A stretch of 64,000 bases of DNA, taken from Acanthaster planci (lineage: Eukaryota). Numbering within the stretch: the first letter of the stretch is position 1; every line of letters begins with the position of its first letter. The notes beneath the pieces are model-generated. The model was not told the origin of the DNA, searched no databases, and saw only the letters and a list, made by a program, of their open reading frames with translations. This document shows, piece by piece, positions 14,701-27,564 of the stretch. The DNA lies in NCBI RefSeq assembly GCF_001949145.1, contig NW_019091362.1, forward strand, positions 310,670-374,669. Reading direction: 5' to 3'. The translations under genes and the position numbers were made by a program.

Positions 14701-16562
14701 CACGCAAACAACTCGGTTTTAAAATCCTATTACAAGTACTTGTAGAAGGCAATAATATTTATTGACAATAGTGTTTGTTTATAATAATAAACAAACACTT
14801 GTAAAGCGCCACCTATCTAGAAAACTAATCCGAGGCGCTAGAAAAGAATGTGAAATCAGATTGATGTCACTTGTGAACTACAAAATAAAAATGCTTTAAC
14901 AGAAAAGTTTTCAAGTTTGATTTAAATGTTTCTTCTGAGATCATTTAATTTTTTTTTATTTTATTTTTATTCTGGTTTATTCAATTTGGAAGGTTGTTCC
15001 ACAGCACTGGTGCAGCAGATGAAAAGGCCCCTTCTTCCATAGGCAGTCTGTGTTCTCGGAATCTCAAGCAGATTCTTGTGTAATGAGCACAAGTTGCGTT
15101 GTGGTGCATAGGGTGTAATGAGGCCACTCAAAATAACTCAATCCTTGAACAATTTTCCAGGTTAACAGGAGAATCTTGAATTCGACCCGCTCCCGGAAAG
15201 ACAACCAATTTAGATGTTGCAAAACTGGCGAGATGTGGTCAAATTTATTTGATTTTGACAAGACTCGGGCAGCTGCATTTAGAGTGCGCTAGAGTTTGTC
15301 AAACTGATAAGATTTAAAAATTCTACCCTGACTGTACATATGTACCTAGTTGTAATTCAGGTACATGTACACGTGCACATGTAAAAACGTGGCACTATCT
15401 GCCCCAAAAGGAAATTAAAAACAGCCTCATACATGTACACGCACTAGAGCCAAAAAAAACTCCAGACGGGTCAGGGAAGGTGGTTTTCAACCAAGCTCAT
15501 GTACGTGTACGTGTAAGTGCCCAGCACACAGGCAAAGACCATACATGTACATGTATACCGCTATGAACATCCAAACAGAAATTGGTAACATTCCGAAGGC
15601 AGACTGCATGTGAAAACATACTCTCTCTTGTTCCCGCTCAGTGGGAATACATTTACATGTATGTTGATGACATGATGTGAATGACGTACATGCACATGTA
15701 TACATGTACATCCGGGAAAACTTACTTGATATTATTAGTCTTACAGCGACTATGGGGAACGATACCACACAAACTGCGAGCACATTTTTAGCCAAACTAC
15801 GTGTATCTCGTACTGTATTTGTTTAATTTACATATAAATTGTCTTGAATACTGAATACAAATGTAATCACAGATCAAGTCTGAGTATTCCCTGGATTCAA
15901 CGATACCTTCATTATTTTTCATGAATTGGTTCTGATTTACTTTTTGGCAGCTGTTGATCTTGACCGTACAAGTCTCTTCTTTTAAGGTTTTTGAAGTCTC
16001 GCTGCCTACATGCACTGCCAGTGGGCATTATTTTTAAGTGGAGTCAGTCCACAATGTTTGCATATTGAGTGCTGGATTATGCAGTTTAAATTCAAGAAAA
16101 TAAAACGTACTAAAGTGTGGGTTGAACAGATGGGCCTTTTAGCTATTACAAAATGTTGTCGATGTGTAAATGACTTTCAACACAGAATTAAAGCTACACC
16201 ACTTCTAGAGGAAATAATTTGTACAGTTAAGCACCTCTGAGTAAAATATTTTACAGATCAAGGTTTGCAAGTTGAAACAATGTCAGCCCTATGCATTAAG
16301 TACTGAACACTGCCATACATGTACATGTACATGGTGTACGAGTACCGTACATCGTAATCAGAACAATTAAATTTCTTCCATTTTGGCACATACCTGCAAC
16401 CTCGCCATCAAAGATGAATACAGGGTACAACTCACTGGCAAGATTAATGGCATCGATAAAGCTAGGGTTGTCATGGAGACGAAGACCATGGCGAAACCAA
16501 TGAACGGCGATGGTTCCTTTCTTTCTGTCTTCATCTGTGCCCGAGGCTGGTCTAGCAGGCAT
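2749..16562 (-). CDS. cry1: Cryptochrome, type 1 (Drosophila-like / L-Cry), 11 coding exons, 548 aa
   Basis: Exons: 16394-16562, 13851-13990, 10666-10808, 9493-9665, 7474-7574, 6387-6527, 5864-6031, 5303-5443, 4740-4897, 3637-3830, 2749-2867. They sum to 1647 nt with consistent phases and AG acceptors; donors are GT except one GC. Motifs: [71 protein letters not shown] (Cys at the dCRY C416 position), tail [16 protein letters not shown] resembling dCRY HCRPSNEEEVRQFFWL. Confidence 0.95.
6806..6998. mobile_element. Palindromic MITE
   Basis: Ends AACCAAAACTGTTTATAGAGAGAG / CTCTCTCTATAAACAGCTCTGGTT; inner arms TTGGAACCAAAAT / ATTTTGGTTCCAA. Confidence 0.65.
7726..8083. mobile_element. Probable Kolobok-like non-autonomous element
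   Basis: Bounded by TTAAAG...CTTTAA, the Kolobok end/TTAA signature; the TIR match beyond that is weak. Confidence 0.4.
13152..13486. repeat. 48-bp minisatellite, about 7 copies
   Basis: Unit CCACCCTACCGGTACCTCACACCATACCCGGTACAAGCACTGAGGAAT in a cry1 intron. Confidence 0.95.
14781..15305 (-). mobile_element. L2-type LINE 3' end fragment
   Basis: [41 protein letters not shown] and APVLWNNLP; 3' end GCGCTTTACAAGTG...TATTATT typical of L2. Confidence 0.8.
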
Positions 16563-18489
16563 GTTGATGTTGGCAAACCTGACCACAAAACAGAAAGATG
16601 CAACCCAATGTAAAGCACAAACTAGGTACCGGCACTCTGTCTTGTCTTCATTTCAGTGGAAAGAAGGAATCTTAATACTCTGAGGCTTCACAATCAAATC
16701 CATTCAAAAAGTATTTGATTCTTAAAGAAGAGAAAAGAGTTTTACATGTGATACCCCAATATTTTATCCACAGGGGCCCAAGATGTGCAGAACTGTAGGA
16801 GTAGACAACACTTACGTGTATGTATACATGTAGCCTCTACACACACACACATATTGCTTTTATACATTGTACACAACTTGTACGTACATGTACGGTACTT
16901 TTTAAAAATGGTCACAAAAGCAAAATTTAGGCAAACTAACATTGCAAATCTTTTCCCCACTCTCATGAAAATATTAATCTGGATCAAAATGGACAAAACG
17001 TCTTTACACGTACAATGTACAGTACATATGATCAATACAAACATAACATTAATTACAAAGGTTCCCAATATACATGTACATGTATCGGAACATGTACTGT
17101 AATCAGAACCAGTAAGCCTCTAAGTGTTTGAATTTTTATACATTATTAATTTTGTTCCTTCTTGATCATGGTTTACAGAAACAAACATTAACTTTTTGTC
17201 AAACTCCTGTGCAAGGTTCAATCCACAATTACACAGAAGAAAGCAGTCACTTGACTGCTTGCATGGAGAGTTTTTACAATTTGTTATTCGTCTACAAGTA
17301 CATGTATGTACAAGTACCTTTTAACTACAACTCACATCCATATTCTCCTTAATATTATTTGAGAGGGTTTGGTTTCCAAAGCTTTTGATAGTTCTCTTCT
17401 ACCTTCAAAGAAGCCTTTAATTTCACAAAATGGTTTTTATATCAAAATGAAAAAAAATTAAGCAAACATTCACATTATTTGATTAAACAAATCAACTAAA
17501 TACGATCTGTGCACCTACTTGTTGTAAAAGACTGACTTTAAGATTTTAACCAGTAGCACAATGCACTACATGTAGATACCAGTTTTTATTTATCATTAGA
17601 TAGGTCAGGCAAAATACAAGACAATGAAAAAATAACTATGTGACAATACTGAAATTCAATTTCTTAAAACTGCAAAACATGTACAGTATACTGTACATGT
17701 ACCCTAGTTACAATGTAACAATATACATTGTAATTTGTATGTATTTAATGATATGAAATGGCCTTGCAAACAGCAGAGCTGTGTGTGCAAATCTGAAGCA
17801 CATTCTTCATGCAATGTAACCTTCATCAACACAATTTTACATGCAGTGGATCTCTTAAGAATGAACAGATACATTTGTAATACTGACAATAAATGTAGTG
17901 TGAAAACTTGTCCAGTTTTTCAGACCTCAGGATTGAAGGTGGAAGGAATTTATTTCCAAGGTGTAATCCTTCAAATGTCATAACTGCTGTATTGTGGGAC
18001 ATGTTTTGAAAACGTAAGGGACACATAGACTGCTACATGTATGTGTATCCAAGGTGTATAAAGCATCATAGCCTGTATGACAACAGTCACAACTTGTTTT
18101 GTCTTATCTCTTTCTTGGTTTTTTCACTGTTTTTCTGAGGGAAATTGATCTTTAAACATCAGTGAATAGCGGCCCCTGCATTATCCTGTACATTACGGGG
18201 CGTGTGTATGTCTACACATGATATCAGACCACTTGTGGCTTGTGATATCCAACAGTGAATGTAACATGTGGTCATGTCACCCTGTCATGTGATTTTTGGG
18301 CCAAAGAAAAAAATTTATTCGAGACAGAGGTAGGAAAAGTGTGTACTTTATTCATTTGAGGCAGAAAAGTGCTCAAAATGTAAAGAAGGGCTTCTTAAAA
18401 CTAACCTGATGAGGTCGTATTTATTTATATTTATTTATTTATTTAAGTCTTTCTGGTAATGAAACCAAGGATTCCTCAAAAAAGCCCTA

Positions 18490-18712
18490 GGCACTGTAGC
18501 TTGCAAATCTGAAGAAACCTGTAGAGAGGAGACAATGAGAAGCAGTTACAGTTTTAGAGGTGGGAGGAAAACCCCAGAGGAATATTCTGAGGAAAACCCA
18601 CAGAATCAGGTAGGGACTGAAAACACAATCCACATGTGGACCGGGCCAGGGATCGAATGCGGGACCACAGATGTGGAAGATGAGGAAAGAACCACTATGC
18701 CAACCTGACCCC
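18490..18712 (-). mobile_element. tRNA-derived SINE with a V/Meta-like core
   Basis: A box TGGCATAGTGG, B-box-like GCATTCGATCCC, core GTGGGTTTTCCTC...GGTTTTCCTCCCAC; flanked by direct repeat AAACCAAGGATTCCTCAAAA (about 18462-18481 and 18715-18734). Confidence 0.7.
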
Positions 18713-19744
18713 CAAAACCAAGGATTCCTCAAAAGTGCCCTAGTCTTAGATCAGTGAATATTGTATATTCAAAAAAATTCTTGGGTCCTGATTTCAAATC
18801 AAAATTTGCTGAGGTGAGTTTTGATTATTGCAAAATTCGGCATTCCTAACACATTACCAGTCAGTCAACGGCAGTTGGTGTGATGAAAATAGTAACCACT
18901 CTCACACATGCATCATGTCAATGTACATGTACGTGCGCACTTCACCAAATTAAAAACAAATTGCTAAAAGCAAGTTTATAAAACATGTCTTAAGAGGCAC
19001 CTCTGGAAATGGTCCTTGTTCATTGCCTTCTTAAAAAATGAGAGCTTACCAGAAAGAATCATTTCACAGGTCATATCGTCCGATAACTACATTATCTTTC
19101 AACCAAGTACACTGTATGCTTTTCATCACTCATTTCTAAGTTCCTTTTTGACGGCTGCAAATGACAGATTGTAGTAAGAATTATTTTCATTAAGAAAAAA
19201 AAAATACATCCCTAAACAATTCTAATCCTTAAGGCTTTCCTTGGTAAACAACTTGCAATCATAACTTTGAGGTTAGGAACAAGGAACAAAGCAAAACACC
19301 ATGCATAATGCTTCTTGTCAACAAATCTGCAAAGTTCAGAAACATTCCTAGAGAAGACAGAGAGGGCAGATTCATTCCTATCGCTTCATAATCCACCCAC
19401 TGACATAAAAAAGAAAATACATTTATTCTGGTAATAATTTCAACGGACTTTCAGCATTTCAATTATGTTACAATGCCATTGAATCACACCTGCATATAAT
19501 AGCGATGTAATCTCCGACAGCCAGAGTTATGAATGAACTGACTACATGAAAACCTGCTCCATCCATATATTTACAATGTAATTTTTAGCCAGACAAATAC
19601 ACAAATGTAAATTAGTTTTTGGTCTCAAAAGACAAGACAACAACAGCTTGCAATTTCCCAGCCAGACCAGCATTCATTTGAACAAATTGGATATCATTTC
19701 AATCTCTTTGGGAAAGAAGCCTACAGATTAGAGTTTTCAATTAC

Positions 19745-19803
19745 TTAACCCTAACAGTCCTCAATCCTTCACCTGTTGGAGGACTGAGGACTGTTAGGCT
19801 TAA
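19745..19803. mobile_element. Miniature TTAA-flanked hairpin element, copy 2
   Basis: TTAACCCTAACAGTCCTCAATCCTTCACCTGTTGGAGGACTGAGGACTGTTAGGCTTAA, same length as copy 1. Confidence 0.65.
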
Positions 19804-22800
19804 TGGCAGTATACGGGCATAGGTACCTGTACAGAGGGAACAGAGTCCACGGAAAAGCCAACGTCTTACTGGAGACAAGTCGCGTGAACACTCCTGCACT
19901 AAGATCTGAAGAAGGTTATGAAGGCAAAGTGAAGGACAGAAACTGGTTGGATGGAAGGCAAGCAGTAAATGCGAACACTCACTGCATCAAGGAAGTACAT
20001 GTACCGGTATACTGTACATATACATGTACTGTAGAGAGCGAACTGATTTGCCGTGTCTCTCAGCCTCAGCAATCCATCAGAATCACTCCATCAGATCTGA
20101 TTGGTCAGTTTCCCACTAATATCTACTGCATGCAGTCACAAGAGAGTTGGTTGTACACACAAACACAGTACATGTATGTATGAGATCAGTGGTGTTTCCA
20201 AGTTTTCAGTCAAGGGAGGGGGCAAAGTGGGAGTTGTTTTTTGCATAAAGGAATTCCCTCATACACAAACATGGTGTCTGTATGGAGAAACCTCTGTATG
20301 CACACGTACAGGTACACTAAGTTAAAGGCTACGGCGTCGGAAGTGTTGCCCCTTTCACTTTCTTTTAAAAAGCCAACAACCAAGGGTAGGGGATATTGAA
20401 TGTACCAGTACAGATTGTCCATTTGAAATTGTTTCATTTACACATGACTTACATGTATATGGATTTAGGCATGTACGGTAAGATTGACATAGACAATTCC
20501 ACAAATTAGGGGTCCATTTCTTTTGTGTGTCCCTGTCACATCTGACATATGATTTGGTAAGTACAAAATACATTTTCTAATTTCCAAGAGTGATGAATTA
20601 ATGCAAATTACCTGCCAAACAATAGTACATGTACTAGTTTAGAATAAATTCCAGTGATATTTCAATGTCAAATAGCAAACATCAGATGTAACAGGGACAC
20701 AAAAATGTCACACTTTTGGACCCCTAATTTCTGGAATTACCCACATACCGGTATGCATAGTACATGTACTGGTGTATGTATTGGCCTATGATTCCAGTCC
20801 AAGGTTGGGCCCTTTCCAATGAACCTGTGCTGTGGTGAAATTGTTTTTGTAATTTTAAACTTTTTTCCAGATTTTTATGTTCACAAAATAGCAGTAAGCA
20901 CCACACTCAAAAAAGCCAAAATTCTATGAATATCTCATTTGCATGTAAAAGTACCTTCACAAATCACATTTTTACTAAGAAACTTCTGAAATTTTTCTAT
21001 TTAAGTGTCCATTTACATTGTATGTGCTCCTTGCCCCACAAACTATTTGTGGAGACATAAGTACTCCCTAAACAAAAATTAATAGTAACGACAGTAACAA
21101 TTTGAGACCTGAAGAGAAAGCCCTAACAATTCTGAGAATAATGCAACTGAATTGACTTTGGCACAACTTCTTCTACATGTACGTGCCAATAAAAACCTCT
21201 TCTTAATCTGTGGGGGACATTAGGTCACTTTTTTTTCAAGGAAGAGTTTTTAAAGGGAAATGAAGCAATGTCAAAGTATAAAGAAACAACAAACTTCAGT
21301 TCTGAAATGGGGTCAGCTATAAATTTCCATCTAAATGGTACTGTCAACCAAGGAAATGACAATAGACTGGTAAACCAATGCTTTATCTGGTTATGTGGTA
21401 CCGGTAGAACTACAGATGGTAAATTTCATGATTTAATTTTTTTTCTGATGCTGCCATTGCAATCATCACAAATTCAGTGGGGAAACTAAGTCTGAAAATT
21501 GCCTGATGTAATTTTTTTTCCAATTTGTTAGAAAAAACCACCAATTACCAGATTCACTACACTAAAAATAAGAAGGTGTGACCTTAAGGAAGGAATGCCA
21601 TCCCTAAAGCTACGTGTAATAAGTTTGTATGGTGAGATTGCTGACTCATGAATAGGAATAAATTTTGTACAAAATAAATTTTGGAACTTACACTGCTTGA
21701 GGTGTACACGAATATTTGTAAAATGAAAGCCTTTTCTTTACTGACTGATCAACGAATATGTAACTGCGCCGGTACATGGAATGTTGCAAAAACTGCCTTC
21801 GTTTTTACAAATATTCAGTTGACTGTAGGAATAAAACCTCAGTCTATTTTCAGACGGCATTTTTCTTTCAGGGTAAAAGGTTATGGAAAGAATTTGTAGA
21901 AGTCACATTTTTCACTTTCACAAAAGATATGCAGACATTATTTTTCCATTTGTCTGGGTTTTTGGAATGTTTGGCAGTGCACATGACGTGTCCCTATCAT
22001 AAGAGTAGATACCGATGGGAGTGATTCTACCAGACAGAATTCATTGACCTGAAAGGCACAGCTACATGCACATGTATGTCATTAAGAAAGTGGGTAAGAA
22101 CACAACTTGCCTCACACGATGAACATCGAACAAAAGAAGCACAGTGCAATAATAATGGACACTCATTGTTAGTCCACTGCGTTTCTTTGGTGACATGTTT
22201 GTAGTGTCACTTCCAAACAAATAACTTGAAGGGCGTGTCAATCAAGATTCCTGAATTATTCATAAACCAACTGAGGTTTCCAACATGTACATGTAAGCTT
22301 GAAAACTTCAGGCTTCAGAAAAGTAACAGATGTATGAATTGAAGGTTCCCAAGGTAATTATACATTACAGACAGACTCCTTGGCAAAACCTTCCATAAAT
22401 CATTTCAGTGAGTGGCTGGGTAGTATAAAACACATGTCTCCTTTTTTGACAATACCGGTATTGTTTTGTGGATTTTTTGTTTTGACGATACTGCTATCAC
22501 CATATATTGGAGACTGCAAAACACTGCAACTCTGCATGAACGTTCACCCTGATCGCAAGATGCTCATACATCTTGTGATGACTGAGTTATGACATACATG
22601 TACCAGTACATGTTCATGATGTTGTAAATATTAAGAAGTTTTCCATTCCAACAATGACCAAATGTTTTGTAACTGATGAAATGCATGCATTGCTAGTGTA
22701 AATAAGTCTCAAAAGTAGGTATTAAATTTCAAATGAGACGAAATTTGCAAGTCCCTCATTAACACCTATTAACTCAACTAATAGCATGCAAGTTCATGCA

Positions 22801-24766
22801 TCACTTTTACATGTACACGTATGCCTGACTGAGAAGGAAAAACATCTAGTGCACTAACAGGGTTCATTCAGACATTGCATATTAAACAAATACTGAATGT
22901 TACACATTCATGCCATGGACAGAATTTCATTCAGTAGAGTGAAATTTTCTATTCCTACATGTACATGGCCTCACCTTGCAGAGTAGAAGATTCAATTCAC
23001 TTCAAAAAACATATTCTTACCACTCCTGAACATGCAACATGACTTTAACCCTTGTTGCAGTTCTGAACTTTTCTTGGATTAATAGGGTCCCTTCTTTTGA
23101 CATCACAGTCATGTTATTCCTACAAGTGGCTGCTAAAACTATGGTTAGTTTGTAACTAACTACAATCGATTTGCCAAACACTGCCTTTCATCTTTTGATT
23201 AGAGAACAGAGGATTGAGTTGTGCACTGCACTCTTATCAATACAGTTTTCACAATGTGCACTGTCAACCTGATGTTTTTTTCAGTCCAGCCCATATTTTA
23301 AATTATGTTGATGATGTATTGACGGTGTACCTTTGTGGTTTAGGCTATAAATAATACAACTATGCAAGTTGTGTTGCACAGGGAGTTGACATTAGTCAGA
23401 CCATGTAGGCCCTCTATATAATCACAGATCTACTGGAAAACCCCGCAAAATCTTAGACCGTTTAAACACTGGATGACAGGGCACGAGACTTGTCCGGTTA
23501 TTGTTTGCCGTCCATCAATGACTCAGCATTGTGACATCATGGAATCGCCCTCGGAACATACATGTACAATGAGGCCATCATAAACAACACCCAGTTTGAA
23601 CACATCGCGCTGTACCATTTTTGTATAGTCAGTAGGTTCTTGCGTTTATATCCTTCCTGTGAACGTGAACATGTACTTGCAACCATTTCTTTACGTATTA
23701 CGTATTGTATTCGTATTGTTTATCCTTAACTTTTTATTTCTTACGAATTCACTTCGATGAAAATCAGCACCACCACCTCTGTTTTGAAATACATGCACTA
23801 TACAGTACATACAAACACAAGTCAGAAATCCAGACATAAAATTATACATTTTTTCTTTTCATTCACAAGCTCATACCAGCGACTGAGTATGAGAGGTATA
23901 TGTTTTTATAGTTCAACATTCAATACGCATGCAGAATAATCATGAATCAAAAGAATATTTTCAATCGCGAGTACGTCCCTCAATAATGGAGCACCCCTAC
24001 GAAACATGGTACAGGTAAGCTCCTCAAATTATGCTAATGAGGCTGAATTTTAGCTAAATCAAGAAGTAATGTGAGTGGTCCATGCATTAACAAACTCACT
24101 GGACTCCAAATAGAGTCCACCTGTAAGAAGCAGAGGCTCACGACAGGCATGCCAATTCTCAAGCAGGAAGGGAATTAACAACAGTGTACAGTGAAAGAAC
24201 CCTTTCTTTGGTTGAGACAGCTCTCTAAAACATTGAGGTTCAAGACATCGAAGAAGCCAATTTTCTTAGTATTTCTGTCACTGGGCCTGCATTATACTGC
24301 CTCGTTGAATGATTACTTAAAATGATTTTACAGTGGTGCACAACGTCTGTGTGGTGCTATATACCCATTTGAATGACACGTTTTGCAAAGGCAGGTCTTG
24401 TATGACATTTTGTCTGTAAGGCAGCATGGGTAAAAAAAGCCAGTTTAAGCAATCAGAAATAAGGGAGGGAAGACTGAATATTAGACTGTTAACATGCCAA
24501 ATCATGGAAATGTAATCAAAATATTCAACCAAGGTACCAAAGTTACACACTGAAAAAAAATAAGTTGCCATGATTGATTGGTTTCAGTTTGGTTTTCCTT
24601 GAGAATAATGCATTTTCTATGGGTGGTCCTAAACTTTTGCAAATGATTGTACATGTATATCCCAAGTCAGAGCCCAGTATTGACGGAGGAGTGTACCTGC
24701 ATGAAAGGCCTTGTTTACAGATCTAGCCAACAGGGCATAGACAACTTGACTGTTTAAAATTTGAAT

Positions 24767-25297
24767 TAGGACAACTCAACCATTGAAACAACTCAACTGT
24801 GGGACAATCGACCATCTATGCCTCACATGGACAAACAACTCGACCGTAAGGACCAGTCATCAATTGAGACAAGTTGACTCGCAAAAAAGAGAAAAGACTG
24901 AGGACAGATTTACCATCTCCAACACTGGCAGACTAGCAACCAAGGCGCCTTGGTCATGTTTGTATCGCGGACGGTGTGTCGCATTACCACGCATTCCACG
25001 TCCCTGTTGCAGCCTTGCCAAATGTTGGTTGGGGTGCTGATGTGTCCTTCATTGGTCCTGTACATGCTGCGTCGCCAGAACCCTATGCATGGTATTCACA
25101 TCATTTCTAGCAAGTCAACTCGCAATGTAACAAAACACCCACCACATCAATATGCAATCTATGTTTACTGCCATGTACTATGTCATGTTTATGCCTTGCA
25201 CGGTTGACTTGTGTTAACAAATGACGTAATATGATTGAGTTGTCCAAAAGATCAAGTTGTCTTAACGGTCGAGTTGTCCCGAGTCAAGTTGTCCTAT
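24767..25297. mobile_element. MITE-like element with subterminal GACAACTC repeats
   Basis: Left end TAGGACAACT with repeated ACAACTC; right end repeated GAGTTGTC ending AGTTGTCCTA. Confidence 0.55.
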
Positions 25298-26066
25298 ATC
25301 CTATGTACATACATGTACTGTGTACATGTACAAATACATGTACCAGTATCTAACGGTATACAAATAAAAGTAATGGGAGAATACCCAGTCATTCGAAAAT
25401 ACACCTCTGAAATCACAGGTTACGTGGGTACGAGGTGGAAATCCCCACCCCACAGTTTGGGGAATGTTAATTTTGGGGCCCCCTGTTTTTAGTTATTTTT
25501 ACCTATAACAATCGGCCCTGAAAAAGAGTATTACTCGAGCAGTGTCTCTTGATTGTCATGGCTCTATTTGGGTTACATTTGGAAGAGTTATTTGGGAGCA
25601 AAATAGAACTCTTTTACCCCATGTCCGTCAATGTAAATGCACAGTCAACTTGACGCAGACTGTACGAGTTCTGGTTACACTTTCAGTTACAGTATTCTCT
25701 TCATCAATACTCTTAGTCCTCAATCTGGTTATCTCGACCAACCAGATACTGGCTTTCCCATGAAACTTTCCAGTAACCAATCATGAAACTTTCCAGTAAC
25801 CAATCAGAGACAATTATTACCAAGCAGGTTTCACAATATCGCCATATGGATGCATACCATGCAAGCGCAGTCTGGCTGTTTTCTTCAATACTCTTACTCC
25901 CCTGTCAGCTCATTTCGACCAATCAGAGAGATCAGCTTTCTAATGAAACTTTTCAGTTGCCAATCATGTTTATTTCTAGTGGACGCAGTTTCCCGTAATA
26001 CATGTAATTGCCCTCAAATCTCAAAACCCTGCCCTCTTTCTACAAAATTAACCCTGCAGTTCAGCG

Positions 26067-26497
26067 GGTCATGCTATTTAGCGTCAACAAGCGTCAACAA
26101 AGCATCAAGAAGTTATTCAAGCATATTTATGCAAAAAATTATATGTACATGTACAATATTAACTGGGCATCTACGAATCATATTCACTGTATCACATTTA
26201 TCTAAAATGATATTTGAGTGTGGCAATTTGAGTGACAATGTCAAACCGGCCGCCCTATTGTTACTGCATGGACAGCAGAAAAAAGAAAGATGGCGGCCCC
26301 CTCACATCGCAAATTTTTGTTGTCGTGTGTGAATCTGGAATAAAATTCCCTGGTTTTCTTACACAGTGGAACATGTTAGCGTCTGTAAATTATGATAAAA
26401 CCACTCTGAAACCTCTGGAGGTTATTTTCAAGTTGTTGACGCTTTCTTGACGCTACTTATGTGTGTTGACGCTTGTTGAAACTAAATAGCAAGACCG
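26067..26497. mobile_element. MITE
   Basis: GGTCATGCTATTTAGCGTCAACAAGCGTCAACA versus TGTTGACGCTTGTTGAAACTAAATAGCAAGACC (inverted). Confidence 0.65.
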
Positions 26498-27373
26498 AGA
26501 TCATCAAAATAATATCACTGTCACGTACTTATTTTTGTAGGCAAGTCTGAAAGCTGATATAGAAGAGGGATCCTACTCCTAGAATAAGCCCTTTTCACGT
26601 TTAATGTGTACACGCTCAGAAGATTTAGGGGACAAATTCACGACAACGTTGTTGCGTAACGTTTGGTGAATGGATGCTCACAATTGTTATTGTCGTACAC
26701 AATTTGTTTTCCTCTAGCTTTGTTCACTTTCTCGCCTGGGGGGCTAATCAACATGGTGATGGAACGGGAAATTGGCTTGTGGAGGGTGCCTTACAAAGTA
26801 ACAAACTCCCACACCACCTACACAGTTCTGGCATGTCTGGGGGGAGGAAATCCCCAGAACAATGTGGCATTTTGACCTCATGATAGTCCGCAACAAGGTG
26901 GATCACGCAAAGTGGCGAGGTATTCTGCAATTGAGCTGAAAAGAAAAACATTTACCAGTCATGAGAACTCGATGCGTCGTCTTGTTTTTGTACTTTCGGC
27001 TGAATGACCGAATTGGCATTTGTCATAACATCGACGTCACCCTCGAAGTCCAATCCACATTCATGTCGATGCGCCAGGCAACGCTTCATTGCAAATACAT
27101 GTAGGCCTACTAGGCTACCCCGATTTTTCGCAAAACAAACATCTGAAGAAAAATATCTCTGTTAACCACACTCAACCCGTTTAATACTTTGGCTTTGACA
27201 TTATCAACCAAAACCTAGCCGAAGTAGAGCCACACGCATTGATTAACTTTCCGAACTAGGATTTAGTACTAGTAAGTTGTAACACGCAAATGCACGCTCG
27301 ATCTGTTGAGGCTGGGAACCACACCATTCAAATAGCACCTGACTACATAGCTCCAGGCAAGCTAAGCGCAACT

Positions 27374-27564
27374 ATACCCAGCAAGAAATGAGACCGAGGG
27401 GTACCCCCCCCCCAACAAGTCCAATCCCTATACACATTCCAGACTATTGTTACTTAACACATCCCCCCAAGATGTCTGAAAGGAATTCCCCAGATTCCTG
27501 TGAGACAATGACTAACACAAAGCGGGGGGGGGGGTTCTCTCCGTCTCATACCTTGCTGCATATG
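27374..27564 (+). mobile_element. About 190-bp MITE with an 8-9 bp TSD (hAT- or Mutator-like), copy 1
   Basis: TIRs CAGCAAGAAATGAGACCGAG / CTCCGTCTCATACCTTGCTG; AGCGCAACT on both flanks (27365-27373, 27565-27573). Confidence 0.8.
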
